This document shows positions 33,967-42,132 of a stretch of DNA of 42,973 nucleotides, piece after piece. This DNA is from a virus (taxonomy: Duplodnaviria; Heunggongvirae; Uroviricota; Caudoviricetes), in the IMG/VR virus record IMGVR_UViG_3300011626_000001, positions 1 through 42,973 of that record; one strand, given 5' to 3'. Under the pieces are notes generated by a model that worked only from the letters and a program-made list of their open reading frames with translations, searched no databases and was not told the origin of the DNA. How positions within the stretch are numbered: position 1 is the stretch's first letter; every line of letters starts with the position of its first letter. A program made the position numbers and the translations under genes.

Positions 33967-34962
33967 ATGGAACAACATGACGTTTTTGTGTACACAGGTG
34001 ATATCCACCGTGATGGTTATCTCGATCTTACTAATGCCATAAAAAAACGCAAAAAAGCTCAAGGACTCAGCACTGAGGTTACTTTTTGTGTCGCCACTTA
34101 TGGCGGAGATCCAAATGCAGGCTATCGTATAGGAAGAGCGCTTCAACATAACTATGAGAAAGTGAATCTTTTAGTAGTGGGCCCCTGTAAGAGTGCCGGG
34201 ACTTTGATAGCGATTGCAGCTGATAAGCTTATCATTGGAGACATGGGTGAGCTTGGCCCCCTTGATATACAGCTTAAAAAAAATGACGAAATTGGCGAGA
34301 TGAGTTCAGGCCTGGTCATAATGACGGCCTTAGATGCGTTAAAAGATCGCTCTATTTCGACGTTCAATTCTCATCTGGTTAAGATAAGATACGAAAACCA
34401 GATAAGTACGAAGATGTCAGCTGACATTGCTGCGAAGTTAACTGAGGCGTTAGTTGCTCCCATGGCTGCTCAGATAGATCCAATTAAACTTGGAGAGCAT
34501 CAACGAGCTATGAGCATTGCCATAACCTATGGGCAGCGACTCAGTGACAAATCTAAGTGTTTGAAGGATGGAGCTTTATTTAAATTAATTGCCTCTTATC
34601 CTTCACATGGTTTTGTGATAGATCGCAAAGAGGCTCGCGAACTTTTTCACCATGTTGAAAGTCCAACTGGTTACGCTGAAGCACTTTACGAGATTTTTTA
34701 TCAAAAAATTCACGAGGGTGAAATTCAACCTTACGGTAAACCGAAGGTGCTCGATTTCACTATCGATCCTGAAACAACTGAGAATAATGGAGATGCCAAT
34801 GCACAATCACCCGGAGATGGAGGTACTGAACAAGATGATTCAGGACCAAATCCAGGAGAGTCAAGATCTGGCAAAGCGAGCAGAGCAAAATCTAAACGAT
34901 CTGAAGCGTCAACTGGAGCCCTACCAGTTCAGCAGCCCAATGACATACCGCCTCCAGAGTGA
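33967..34962 (+). CDS. ClpP/S49-fold (SDH-type) serine peptidase-like protein with charged low-complexity C-terminal tail (331 aa)
   Basis: Segment GPCKSAGTLIAIAADKLIIGDMGELGPLDIQ resembles the Ser-containing core of ClpP/SppA-fold peptidases; no signal peptide; AT-rich gene. Confidence 0.55.
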   Translation: MEQHDVFVYTGDIHRDGYLDLTNAIKKRKKAQGLSTEVTFCVATYGGDPNAGYRIGRALQHNYEKVNLLVVGPCKSAGTLIAIAADKLIIGDMGELGPLDIQLKKNDEIGEMSSGLVIMTALDALKDRSISTFNSHLVKIRYENQISTKMSADIAAKLTEALVAPMAAQIDPIKLGEHQRAMSIAITYGQRLSDKSKCLKDGALFKLIASYPSHGFVIDRKEARELFHHVESPTGYAEALYEIFYQKIHEGEIQPYGKPKVLDFTIDPETTENNGDANAQSPGDGGTEQDDSGPNPGESRSGKASRAKSKRSEASTGALPVQQPNDIPPPE

Positions 34963-34984
34963 TCTCTCACCATTTTAAGTAAAG

Positions 34985-35008
34985 CCCGGCCACCGCGCCG
35001 GGTTTTTT
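34985..35008 (+). terminator. Rho-independent terminator (CCCGGC-CACCGC-GCCGGG + T6) ending the cI cargo operon
   Basis: Hairpin and T-run read directly, 23 nt after the peptidase-like stop. Confidence 0.6.
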
Positions 35009-35144
35009 ATACCCGCCACACCAATAGCCCGCCATTGAGCTGGCTTTTTCATGCTGCTCTAAAGTTATCAGTTATGCTGCCGTTAACCTCTTTGCTCTGG
35101 AAAACAGTAGTACCAATAACGACAATATGAAATCAAGCCGGTTG

Positions 35145-35168
35145 GCCCGCTATGCGCGGGCTTTTTTT
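35145..35168 (+). terminator. Terminator hairpin GCCCGC-TATGC-GCGGGC + T7
   Basis: Read directly; member of a repeated hairpin family. Confidence 0.5.
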
Positions 35169-35312
35169 CTTTCAATACATAAACTAACGTTATCCTGACG
35201 AGTAAAATTACTACGCTATATTTCACAGCAACGTAGCGGCAGTAGCCTATGCTTTGAAAGCACATTATTTGCTGTGTGCGATGGCTTTCCCCATTGGAAT
35301 TTGTGTCTTCTT

Positions 35313-35336
35313 GCCCGCCATAGAGCGGGCTTTTTT
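35313..35336 (+). terminator. Terminator hairpin GCCCGC-CATAGA-GCGGGC + T6
   Basis: Read directly; member of a repeated hairpin family. Confidence 0.5.
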
Positions 35337-35500
35337 AAGCCAACTCCCGCTGCCCAGAACAATCCTAACTTCATGACTTGTAGGACCATTCCCACATCGC
35401 AAGAACTCACACACTCCTAACCTTTAATGGCTACACGCATACAGGATGTTGCGCGTTAGCTGTACGAGATTTGCAGGTTAACCCTGTGCTGAATCACTTT

Positions 35501-35524
35501 GCCCGCCACTGAGCGGGCTTTTTT
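35501..35524 (+). terminator. Terminator hairpin GCCCGC-CACTGA-GCGGGC + T6
   Basis: Read directly; member of a repeated hairpin family. Confidence 0.5.
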
Positions 35525-35559
35525 GTGCCTGCAGATCCCACTTCGTAAAAATAAATCAC

Positions 35560-35650
35560 CTTTGAAAACAAAGCTTTTTGTATTTCTCGCCTTTAATTAC
35601 AATATTTATTGTTTACAGTATACAAACTTTATTGTAATTTTACTCCATCA
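35560..35650 (+). promoter_or_regulatory. Candidate OL/PL operator-promoter region
   Basis: AT-rich; contains TTGTAT / ATACAA half-site-like motifs shared with OR, and TTACAAT...ATTGTAA inverted repeats; lies upstream of nutL and N. Confidence 0.45.
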
Positions 35651-35681
35651 GCAGGACGCAGTACCCAACAGGATGTTGGAT

Positions 35682-35728
35682 CGCTCTTTAACATTGATGG
35701 GGTTTATTTCTCCCGCCCTTGTGGGAGA
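35682..35728 (+). promoter_or_regulatory. nutL: boxA (CGCTCTTTA) plus boxB hairpin (TCTCCC-GCCCTTGT-GGGAGA)
   Basis: Consensus boxA read directly; hairpin loop differs by one base from the nutR boxB loop. Confidence 0.6.
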
Positions 35729-35919
35729 CCAAAGAGCAATTGGCTTTGGGGTGTAATGAGGTGTGCTCAAGCGAGCTGCAGCGCCGGTCGACGCAAAGAC
35801 CAGTGAATCGACTGTGTCACAGCAACTGGTGACCAATACAAAAACAGAGCGGCTGGAAATAAGCGAGATAGCGACTCGGTGCCTCATTACACCACCTAAG
35901 CCAATTACCGGAGGTAAAT

Positions 35920-36168
35920 ATGTTTGCAGCTACCAACAGCGTCAGCCGTCGCTACCTCAAGCGTGGCGAACTGATCGCAAAACGCCGTGCAGAAGCGGCA
36001 GAAGGTAAAGCCCGCGTTGATGTCAGTGCTGAGCGAGTTTCACGCGCTGTATCTGCACCGAGCCTTCGCGAAAAGCACGAAGATGGCGCCATGTGCCTGC
36101 CCGCCATAGCGATTTACAGCGCCGGGCATCGCAAGGTTCGCAAAGACGCGACGCACATCGTTAAATAA
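35920..36168 (+). CDS. N: Antitermination protein N (P22 gp24-like, 82 aa)
   Basis: N-terminal arginine-rich motif; C-terminal LPAIAIYSAGHRKVRK resembles the P22 gene 24 C-terminus as I recall it; GGAGG SD; downstream of nutL. Confidence 0.7.
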   Translation: MFAATNSVSRRYLKRGELIAKRRAEAAEGKARVDVSAERVSRAVSAPSLREKHEDGAMCLPAIAIYSAGHRKVRKDATHIVK

Positions 36169-36261
36169 ACGAAGTGCTGAAAAGGTTATTAACTAATTCT
36201 GTATTTGCATAATCAGCCATTTTTTCTAGGCTTAAAAAGTAACTTAAGCCCAGGAGGAAAT

Positions 36262-36588
36262 ATGTTAGAGCAGTACAAAAAATGCATCGAAGCGTGTTAC
36301 CTGTGTGCAGCTGCTTGCGATAACTGTGCGGCATCGTGCCTTGAAGAAGAGAACCTGGAAATGATGCGCCAGTGCATCAAAATGGATATGCAATGCGCAA
36401 ACATTTGCCGACTCGCTGCTCAGTTTATGGCTTTGAAAAGTGAGTCAGCCAACGAAATTTGTCAGCTGTGCGCAGATGTTTGCCAGAAGTGCGGTGATGA
36501 ATGTGGTCAGCATAACCATGACCACTGTCAGGAATGTTCCAAAGCCTGTCATCACTGTGCAGAGCAGTGCCGCAAGATGGCCGCTTGA
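36262..36588 (+). CDS. Cysteine-rich four-helix-bundle-type metal-binding protein (about 18 Cys in 108 aa)
   Basis: Repeated CxxxC spacing throughout; AGGAGG SD; own AT-rich upstream region and terminator. Confidence 0.55.
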   Translation: MLEQYKKCIEACYLCAAACDNCAASCLEEENLEMMRQCIKMDMQCANICRLAAQFMALKSESANEICQLCADVCQKCGDECGQHNHDHCQECSKACHHCAEQCRKMAA

Positions 36589-36605
36589 ATATTGCGAAAA
36601 CCAAT

Positions 36606-36628
36606 AACCCGCTTCGGCGGGTTTTTTA
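36606..36628 (+). terminator. Rho-independent terminator (AACCCGC-TTCG-GCGGGTT + T6)
   Basis: Read directly after the Cys-rich gene stop. Confidence 0.6.
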
Positions 36629-36813
36629 TTGCCTAAAACAGGCCGTTTAAGTGACACCGCAATGGCCTGTTACGACAGGTCATGACGGTGCATTTGCACC
36701 AGACGCGTAATGAGCCGCAATGCGGTACGAGAGTTTTTCGCCTTTGGCTCCTGTAGGAATGCAGGGGCCATTTTTTTAACCACACCACCCCAACCCATTT
36801 AAGGATGTCCACG

Positions 36814-36951
36814 ATGAATCTTGCGATCGCGGGCGGCACCATCGTGGATGCCGCTCAACTTTACCCTTCCCAGTTAACCCGCTTAACCGAACGCCTGCGC
36901 ACTATCTGCCGCTGGCTGACCGACACCATGAAACAGCCCGGGAGACCATGA
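36814..36951 (+). CDS. Small hypothetical early protein (45 aa)
   Basis: Hand-translated; AAGGA SD; stop overlaps next start. Confidence 0.3.
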   Translation: MNLAIAGGTIVDAAQLYPSQLTRLTERLRTICRWLTDTMKQPGRP

Positions 36952-37066
36952 TGAAAATTCGCTACTTCCAGAAAGCGCAGGAGCTTTCACGAGAGGCCCA
37001 TCTGTTCGGCGACAGCGCGAAATGGGCTATGGCAATGCTGTTGTTACGGAGAGCGCACCAGTGAAA
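36947..37066 (+). CDS. Small hypothetical early protein (39 aa)
   Basis: Hand-translated; overlapping start/stop coupling on both sides. Confidence 0.25.
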
Positions 37067-37372
37067 CTTTCATGGCGAGCAAAACAGGAAGTCGAAGAGA
37101 TTATGAAAAACCTCTCTGAGACCGATTTAGAGCGCATCGGCGATGAAGTCGACGCAATGATGGACCAGCACAAGATTAACCCGCTGATGACGGCGCTGTG
37201 TGCGTTTCTGCCGAAACATTTCGATTATCCCGCTGCCGAGCTGGTCGACCAAGACGACGAGCAGTACGAAGCCGCCGAAAACTTCCTGCGCGATGCGCTG
37301 GTGAAAGTCGCTAAGCGGGACATGGCGATCGCCATCTGGAAAAGCAGACACAGCTTCGATGAGGTGGCGTGA
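37061..37372 (+). CDS. Hypothetical acidic early protein (about 103 aa)
   Basis: ORF in track; start probably the GTG overlapping the upstream stop; stop overlaps the exonuclease start. Confidence 0.4.
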   Translation: MKLSWRAKQEVEEIMKNLSETDLERIGDEVDAMMDQHKINPLMTALCAFLPKHFDYPAAELVDQDDEQYEAAENFLRDALVKVAKRDMAIAIWKSRHSFDEVA

Positions 37373-38190
37373 TGGAGCCCGGCATCTATTACGACATCAG
37401 CAACGAGTCGTACCACAGCGGCCCCGGCATCAGCAAATCGCAGCTGGACGACATCGCTATAAACCCGGCCATCTTCCAGTGGCGCAAAGAAGCGCCCGAG
37501 GACGAAGAGAAAAAAGCTGCGCTGGATATGGGCACCGCCCTGCACTGCCTGCTGCTGGAGCCCGAAGAATTCGATAACCGCTTCATCGTGGCGCCAGAAT
37601 TCAACCGGCGCACCAACGAGGGAAAGGCGAACGAGAAAGCTTTTCTGAAAGACTGCGCCGGGCTGGGCATGACTGTGATGGACGCCGAGGAAGGTCGCAA
37701 ACTGAAGCTTATGCGCGCCAGCGCCCTCGCCCATCCGGCCGCGCGCTGGCTGCTGGAAGCTGAAGGCCATCAGGAAGCATCAATCTACTGGAACGACGAG
37801 CAGACCGGCGAGCTTTGCCGGATCCGGCCAGACAAGTTCCTGTCCGGCCAGCCTGTCATCGTCGACGTGAAAAAAGTGGCTGATATGTCCCGCTTTGCCC
37901 GCCACGTCGAAGAGTTCCGCTATCACGTTCAGGACGCCTACTACCGCGAGGGCTTCAGTAAGCACTTCGGCGAGTACCCGCTTTTCGTGTTCATCGCCGT
38001 CAGCGAGTCGATCGACTGCGGCCGCTATCCGGTGCGCACCTTCCAGCTTCAGGAGGACGATGTTGCCGTCGGCTATGACCTGTTCCGCCGCGACCTGACC
38101 ACCTATCACGAATGCATGCTTACCGGTAACTGGGGCGGCATTGAAGAAATCACGCGCCCGGACTGGGCCAAAAGGAAGGATTACGCATGA
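37369..38190 (+). CDS. Recombination exonuclease (RecE/YqaJ-type PD-(D/E)XK nuclease)
   Basis: IYYDISNESYHSGPGISKSQLDDI N-terminus and IVDVKK motif typical of phage RecE-like exonucleases; coupled to the RecT-like gene. Confidence 0.6.
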   Translation: MMEPGIYYDISNESYHSGPGISKSQLDDIAINPAIFQWRKEAPEDEEKKAALDMGTALHCLLLEPEEFDNRFIVAPEFNRRTNEGKANEKAFLKDCAGLGMTVMDAEEGRKLKLMRASALAHPAARWLLEAEGHQEASIYWNDEQTGELCRIRPDKFLSGQPVIVDVKKVADMSRFARHVEEFRYHVQDAYYREGFSKHFGEYPLFVFIAVSESIDCGRYPVRTFQLQEDDVAVGYDLFRRDLTTYHECMLTGNWGGIEEITRPDWAKRKDYA

Positions 38191-39095
38191 GCAACGAAAT
38201 TACGCACGCGCCGGTCAACGAGGCCGACACCAAAGCGGCAATCTTCAGCCCGAGCGGTCTGCAAAAGTTACAGGCTTTCGCCAAAGTCATGGCTGAAGGT
38301 CGTGCAACAGTGCCAGCCCACCTGGCAGGTAAACCTGCTGATTGCCTGGCAATTGCGTTACAGGCGGCCCAGTGGGGAATGAATCCATATGCGGTGGCGC
38401 AAAAAACGCATCTCGTTAACGGAACGCTGGGCTATGAGGCGCAACTGGTTAATGCAGTCATCACCAGTTCAACAGCCGTTCAGGGGCGTTTTAAATACGA
38501 ATACGGCGGCGACTGGGGGAAATTCAAGCCTGGTGCAGCTAATGCGGCCAACGAGCGCGGCCTGTTTGTTCGTGTCGGCGCAGTGCTGCGCGGCGAAACG
38601 GAAATCACCTGGGGCGAACCGCTATTTATGGAGTACGTCACTACGCGTAACTCTCCGCTCTGGAAGACGGCGCCGAAGCAGCAACTGGCTTATCTGGCCG
38701 TCAAATACTGGGCGCGACTTTACTGCCCTGATGTGATTCTCGGCGTTTACACCCCGGATGAGTTCGAACCGGCGCAGCGCGCGGAACGCGACGTCACCCC
38801 GGCGCGCAGCCGGGCAGACCTGAACAACCTGATCAACAGCAAGCCCGAAACGCAGCAGCCCGAGCGCGAAATTAACCCGGCGACGAACACCAGTGCACCA
38901 GCGCGCACGCCGGACGAGTTGCTTGCCGATTTCACCACCGCTGCAGCTGAAGCGGAAAACGTTGCCGGTCTGGACCGCTGCTACAAATACGCGGCACGCA
39001 TGCTGGCGAATGAGGCTGACACGCTCGAAAAAGCCACCGATGTTTACCTGCTTCGCAAAGCAGAGCTGGACGAGGACGGGGCCGCCAATGCGTAA
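38187..39095 (+). CDS. recT: RecT-family single-strand annealing protein
   Basis: Follows the exonuclease with overlapping start; sequence features consistent with RecT family; paired exo/annealase architecture. Confidence 0.65.
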   Translation: MSNEITHAPVNEADTKAAIFSPSGLQKLQAFAKVMAEGRATVPAHLAGKPADCLAIALQAAQWGMNPYAVAQKTHLVNGTLGYEAQLVNAVITSSTAVQGRFKYEYGGDWGKFKPGAANAANERGLFVRVGAVLRGETEITWGEPLFMEYVTTRNSPLWKTAPKQQLAYLAVKYWARLYCPDVILGVYTPDEFEPAQRAERDVTPARSRADLNNLINSKPETQQPEREINPATNTSAPARTPDELLADFTTAAAEAENVAGLDRCYKYAARMLANEADTLEKATDVYLLRKAELDEDGAANA

Positions 39096-39486
39096 GCTCG
39101 CACAGTATCGTCGTAACACCCACCCCAACAGCGGCTTTAAGGAAAAGGTCGCATGGCAGCTTTCAAAGGGACCACGTACAGGGCGCGAATTAAGCGCCCT
39201 TTTTCATATGACGCTCGGCGAGTTCAACGGGTTGATGCGCGGCTGTCTGCGCGGCAAAACGGTCATTATCGAAGCCAGTGAGCCTGTGCCGGTCGATGGC
39301 TGCACCGACTTCACTTACACGCTGGTCAGCACCCGGCGCATCACGCGTTCCCATCCCGAAACCATGATTGTCAGCCGCCGTTCGTTCGCAGAGCGCGGCG
39401 AGGACAAACGTCAGCAGAACATTATCGCAGCTGAGAAGCGCGCCAGGCTCATTAGCCGCGGCTGGTATCCCGGCTGTCTGGAATAA
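39088..39486 (+). CDS. Hypothetical early protein (132 aa)
   Basis: Internal start overlapping the RecT stop (ATGCGTAA). Confidence 0.4.
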   Translation: MRKLAQYRRNTHPNSGFKEKVAWQLSKGPRTGRELSALFHMTLGEFNGLMRGCLRGKTVIIEASEPVPVDGCTDFTYTLVSTRRITRSHPETMIVSRRSFAERGEDKRQQNIIAAEKRARLISRGWYPGCLE

Positions 39487-39514
39487 ATCGCCGCCATTGG
39501 CGCAGGAGATACAG

Positions 39515-39685
39515 ATGAGTGGACATTGCGATAACTGCGGTTGCCGTAAAGTTTCCGGCTACTGCACTAACTGCCAGGAAGAAGCCTATATCGTTTTCGA
39601 GCAGGCACCAGAAATGGAGTTCAGCGAAGAGTTTATGCAAAAGGCATGGGATCAGCAGAAGGAGGTTTCACGTGAAAATCACTGA
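39515..39685 (+). CDS. Small Cys-rich (CxxC...CxxC) protein (56 aa)
   Basis: AGGAGA SD; four Cys in zinc-ribbon-like spacing. Confidence 0.4.
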   Translation: MSGHCDNCGCRKVSGYCTNCQEEAYIVFEQAPEMEFSEEFMQKAWDQQKEVSRENH

Positions 39686-40121
39686 AAACGAAATGCGCGG
39701 CCTGCTGGCGGGTAAGTGTCTCCCGTCAGATATTCTCGTTGGCGAGAATCTGGCTGCATATTTGGTACGGAAGTTCTCCGCGCTGCAGCAAAAGCTGGAT
39801 GCAGCCGAAGAGGAGGCTGAAGCATATAAGGCTTTTGCAGAACAGGATTATTTCGGGAACTTGGTGATTCATGCCAGGGCCAGAGCAAGTAAGGCAATGA
39901 GTAAGTTTCCACAGCCTAATTACGTGCTGACGAAGGTAGCTGAAGAGTCTGGCGAGCTGGTAAAAGCAGGCGTGCATTTCGCAGAAGGCCGCGAAACATG
40001 GGGAGCAGTTGAGCAGGAGGCGATTGATACTATCGCCATGATAATTCGGCTCATGACAGAGGGTGATGAAGTGATCGGCTTATTCCCGCCCCAACTCCGC
40101 GCCGGTAAGGATGGTGAGTGA
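39672..40121 (+). CDS. MazG-like nucleoside triphosphate pyrophosphohydrolase (about 150 aa)
   Basis: GTG start after AAGGAGG; acidic EExxE...ExxxD-type motif region (AEESGELV...EQEAIDT). Confidence 0.5.
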   Translation: MKITENEMRGLLAGKCLPSDILVGENLAAYLVRKFSALQQKLDAAEEEAEAYKAFAEQDYFGNLVIHARARASKAMSKFPQPNYVLTKVAEESGELVKAGVHFAEGRETWGAVEQEAIDTIAMIIRLMTEGDEVIGLFPPQLRAGKDGE

Positions 40122-40333
40122 TGGCTAAGCAAAACCGCTATATCTACCATTACTGCGCAGCGCAAGGTAATGCGACTGTCTCGGGTATCGCTCAGCTGAC
40201 TTTCCGAATTGTCTCTCAGGAAGACCTGAACAGACTGAAGCAGTTTGTCTCTGACGATCTCAGCTTTCAGGCTGTCGCCATTGTTTCTCTCTCGTATTTA
40301 GGCCGAGAGAATGAGGATGCAGCCCATGCGTGA
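40118..40333 (+). CDS. Hypothetical protein (71 aa)
   Basis: ORF in track, coupled to neighbours. Confidence 0.35.
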   Translation: MMAKQNRYIYHYCAAQGNATVSGIAQLTFRIVSQEDLNRLKQFVSDDLSFQAVAIVSLSYLGRENEDAAHA

Positions 40334-40913
40334 ACGCCCAATCCTCTTAAACGCCGACATGGTGCGCAATACCAACACCAACGCCCGAATCTACCCAGGC
40401 AAAGGTTTAGACCAAAATTCACCTGAGCATTTGGCGCGCCGACTTGCAAATGGGTGCTGCATCAACGAACAAACCGAATGCTGGGAGTGGCAGCGGCACA
40501 CCAACAATGCTGGTTACGGGAAACTAACCATCAATGGCCGTGGAGTTTATGCCCATCGACTGGCCTATCAGTTAACTAAAGGAGATTTACCACAAGGCAT
40601 GGAGGTTTTGCACTCCTGCGACAATCCGGCGTGCATTAATCCAGCACACCTGGCTGCCGGAACTCACTCGCAAAACATGAAAGATTGCAGCGCCAAAGGT
40701 CGCGCCAAAATGCCAACCGTTATCGTGCGCGGAGAAAGAAATGGCGCTGCTAAGTTGCGCGAGGTGGATGTTCGTTCTATCAAGCGCCTTTTGGAAAAGG
40801 GTTGGACGCAAAGGGATATCGCTGAGCGGTTCGGCATATCGCAAAGTCAGGTCAGCCATATAAAGCTTGGCAGGGCTTGGGTCATCGAGTTTAAGCGCGT
40901 GGAGGTGGAATGA
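40311..40913 (+). CDS. HNH endonuclease with C-terminal HTH
   Basis: CWEW...GYG...AHRLAY...HSCDNPACINPAHL is a classic HNH_3 / AP2-type signature; C-terminal HTH (TQRDIAERFGISQSQVSHI). Confidence 0.75.
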   Translation: MRMQPMRERPILLNADMVRNTNTNARIYPGKGLDQNSPEHLARRLANGCCINEQTECWEWQRHTNNAGYGKLTINGRGVYAHRLAYQLTKGDLPQGMEVLHSCDNPACINPAHLAAGTHSQNMKDCSAKGRAKMPTVIVRGERNGAAKLREVDVRSIKRLLEKGWTQRDIAERFGISQSQVSHIKLGRAWVIEFKRVEVE

Positions 40914-41473
40914 TGCAGGGATATACGGAAGAGCAGAGAAAGGCGCTGGTTGATTGGCTTAAACCTCAAATCTCAGAACTAGAGGCGGTATGCGATGAAA
41001 TCCCGTTCGGTCTGGATGAGGACGATTCAATGCAGTTACAGGTCATGAAAATCGCGCTCGCGTCGCTAACGGCGGAGCCTGAATATACGCGCTATGACTG
41101 CGGCTGTTGTGGTTTTGAAGTGATAGATGAGTGGCGTGATAACGATGTTTGCCCTAAATGCAATCACAAGCCGCTGGGAAAAACTGAGCTTTACACCGCA
41201 CCGCCCGCCCCGGCGCTGCGCCTTCCTGACGCAGTTTCTTGTGATGGTTTCAACGAAAAAGAACCGGACGAAGCCAGAAATCTAGGACAGTGTGAGGGAT
41301 GGAATGCGTACCGAGCCGAAGCTGTGCGCCTGAACGCCACCGCGCCGCAGCCGGTGAAAGTCAATTTGACCGGCATACTGGCTTCCTTCCCCGCTGTTGG
41401 CGAAGGGATTTATCTTGAAAAGGCTGGGGTTGAAAGAGCTATCCGACAAGCAGGCGGCCAGGTGGAGGAGTGA
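40910..41473 (+). CDS. Hypothetical protein with Cys-rich zinc-ribbon (187 aa)
   Basis: ORF in track; CGCCGF...CPKC motif. Confidence 0.45.
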   Translation: MMQGYTEEQRKALVDWLKPQISELEAVCDEIPFGLDEDDSMQLQVMKIALASLTAEPEYTRYDCGCCGFEVIDEWRDNDVCPKCNHKPLGKTELYTAPPAPALRLPDAVSCDGFNEKEPDEARNLGQCEGWNAYRAEAVRLNATAPQPVKVNLTGILASFPAVGEGIYLEKAGVERAIRQAGGQVEE

Positions 41474-42132
41474 TTATGGAAAAGCTGAATGAATTAGCTG
41501 AGTTGGCTCAAGCAATGATGAATGCTGAAACGCGCAAGGAAGCGTTTAGCATTGGAGAGGAATTTACTCTGGCTGCAAGTACTAATGCCATCCTCGCCAT
41601 TGCCGAAGCATTCCGGGCGCTGGAGCAGCGCGCAGAAGCAGCAGAGGCTAACTATGCAAATGAGGCTGATGCACGCAAACAGGTGGAGCGCAATTATGCA
41701 CTGCTTGAGGCGAAGCTGGCAGAGCTGGAGAGGCAGAAGCCCGTCGGCACAGTAAGCATTGCTATGGACTGGAACACTCACCGCAACATCGCGACAGTGA
41801 ATATGCGACCGGACCTTGTTGTAGCGGAGATGAAAGATGGTGATGAACTCTTCACCCGCCCCGCGCCAGCTATCAATCTGGCGGAGCTGGTGCCGGACGG
41901 CTTCGTGATGGTTCCGCGCGCATTGACGGCAAAGAACGGCGCAAAGGCTGCATTATCAGGCGAGTTTAATCTGGAATATGACCTCGTATGCCACGAGTGC
42001 TTTGGCGAAGGCTGTGATGATTGCAGCGGCGAGGGTCGTTGGACTAATAGCATTCCTGTTGACTGGACAACCATCAAGGAAATTTGGGCAAAAGGGGTTG
42101 AGCACTTTCAGGCAGCACTGGAGGCGAAATGA
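41470..42132 (+). CDS. Hypothetical protein (220 aa)
   Basis: ORF in track; coiled-coil N-terminus; coupled to neighbours. Confidence 0.45.
   Translation: MIMEKLNELAELAQAMMNAETRKEAFSIGEEFTLAASTNAILAIAEAFRALEQRAEAAEANYANEADARKQVERNYALLEAKLAELERQKPVGTVSIAMDWNTHRNIATVNMRPDLVVAEMKDGDELFTRPAPAINLAELVPDGFVMVPRALTAKNGAKAALSGEFNLEYDLVCHECFGEGCDDCSGEGRWTNSIPVDWTTIKEIWAKGVEHFQAALEAK

Noticed and set aside
34985-35524. Possible CRISPR array, suggested by the repeated hairpins
   Set aside because: Each repeat is a GC hairpin followed by a T-run, the copies are not identical in length or loop, the spacing is irregular and about 150-180 bp, and no cas genes are present; the pattern fits terminators, not CRISPR repeats
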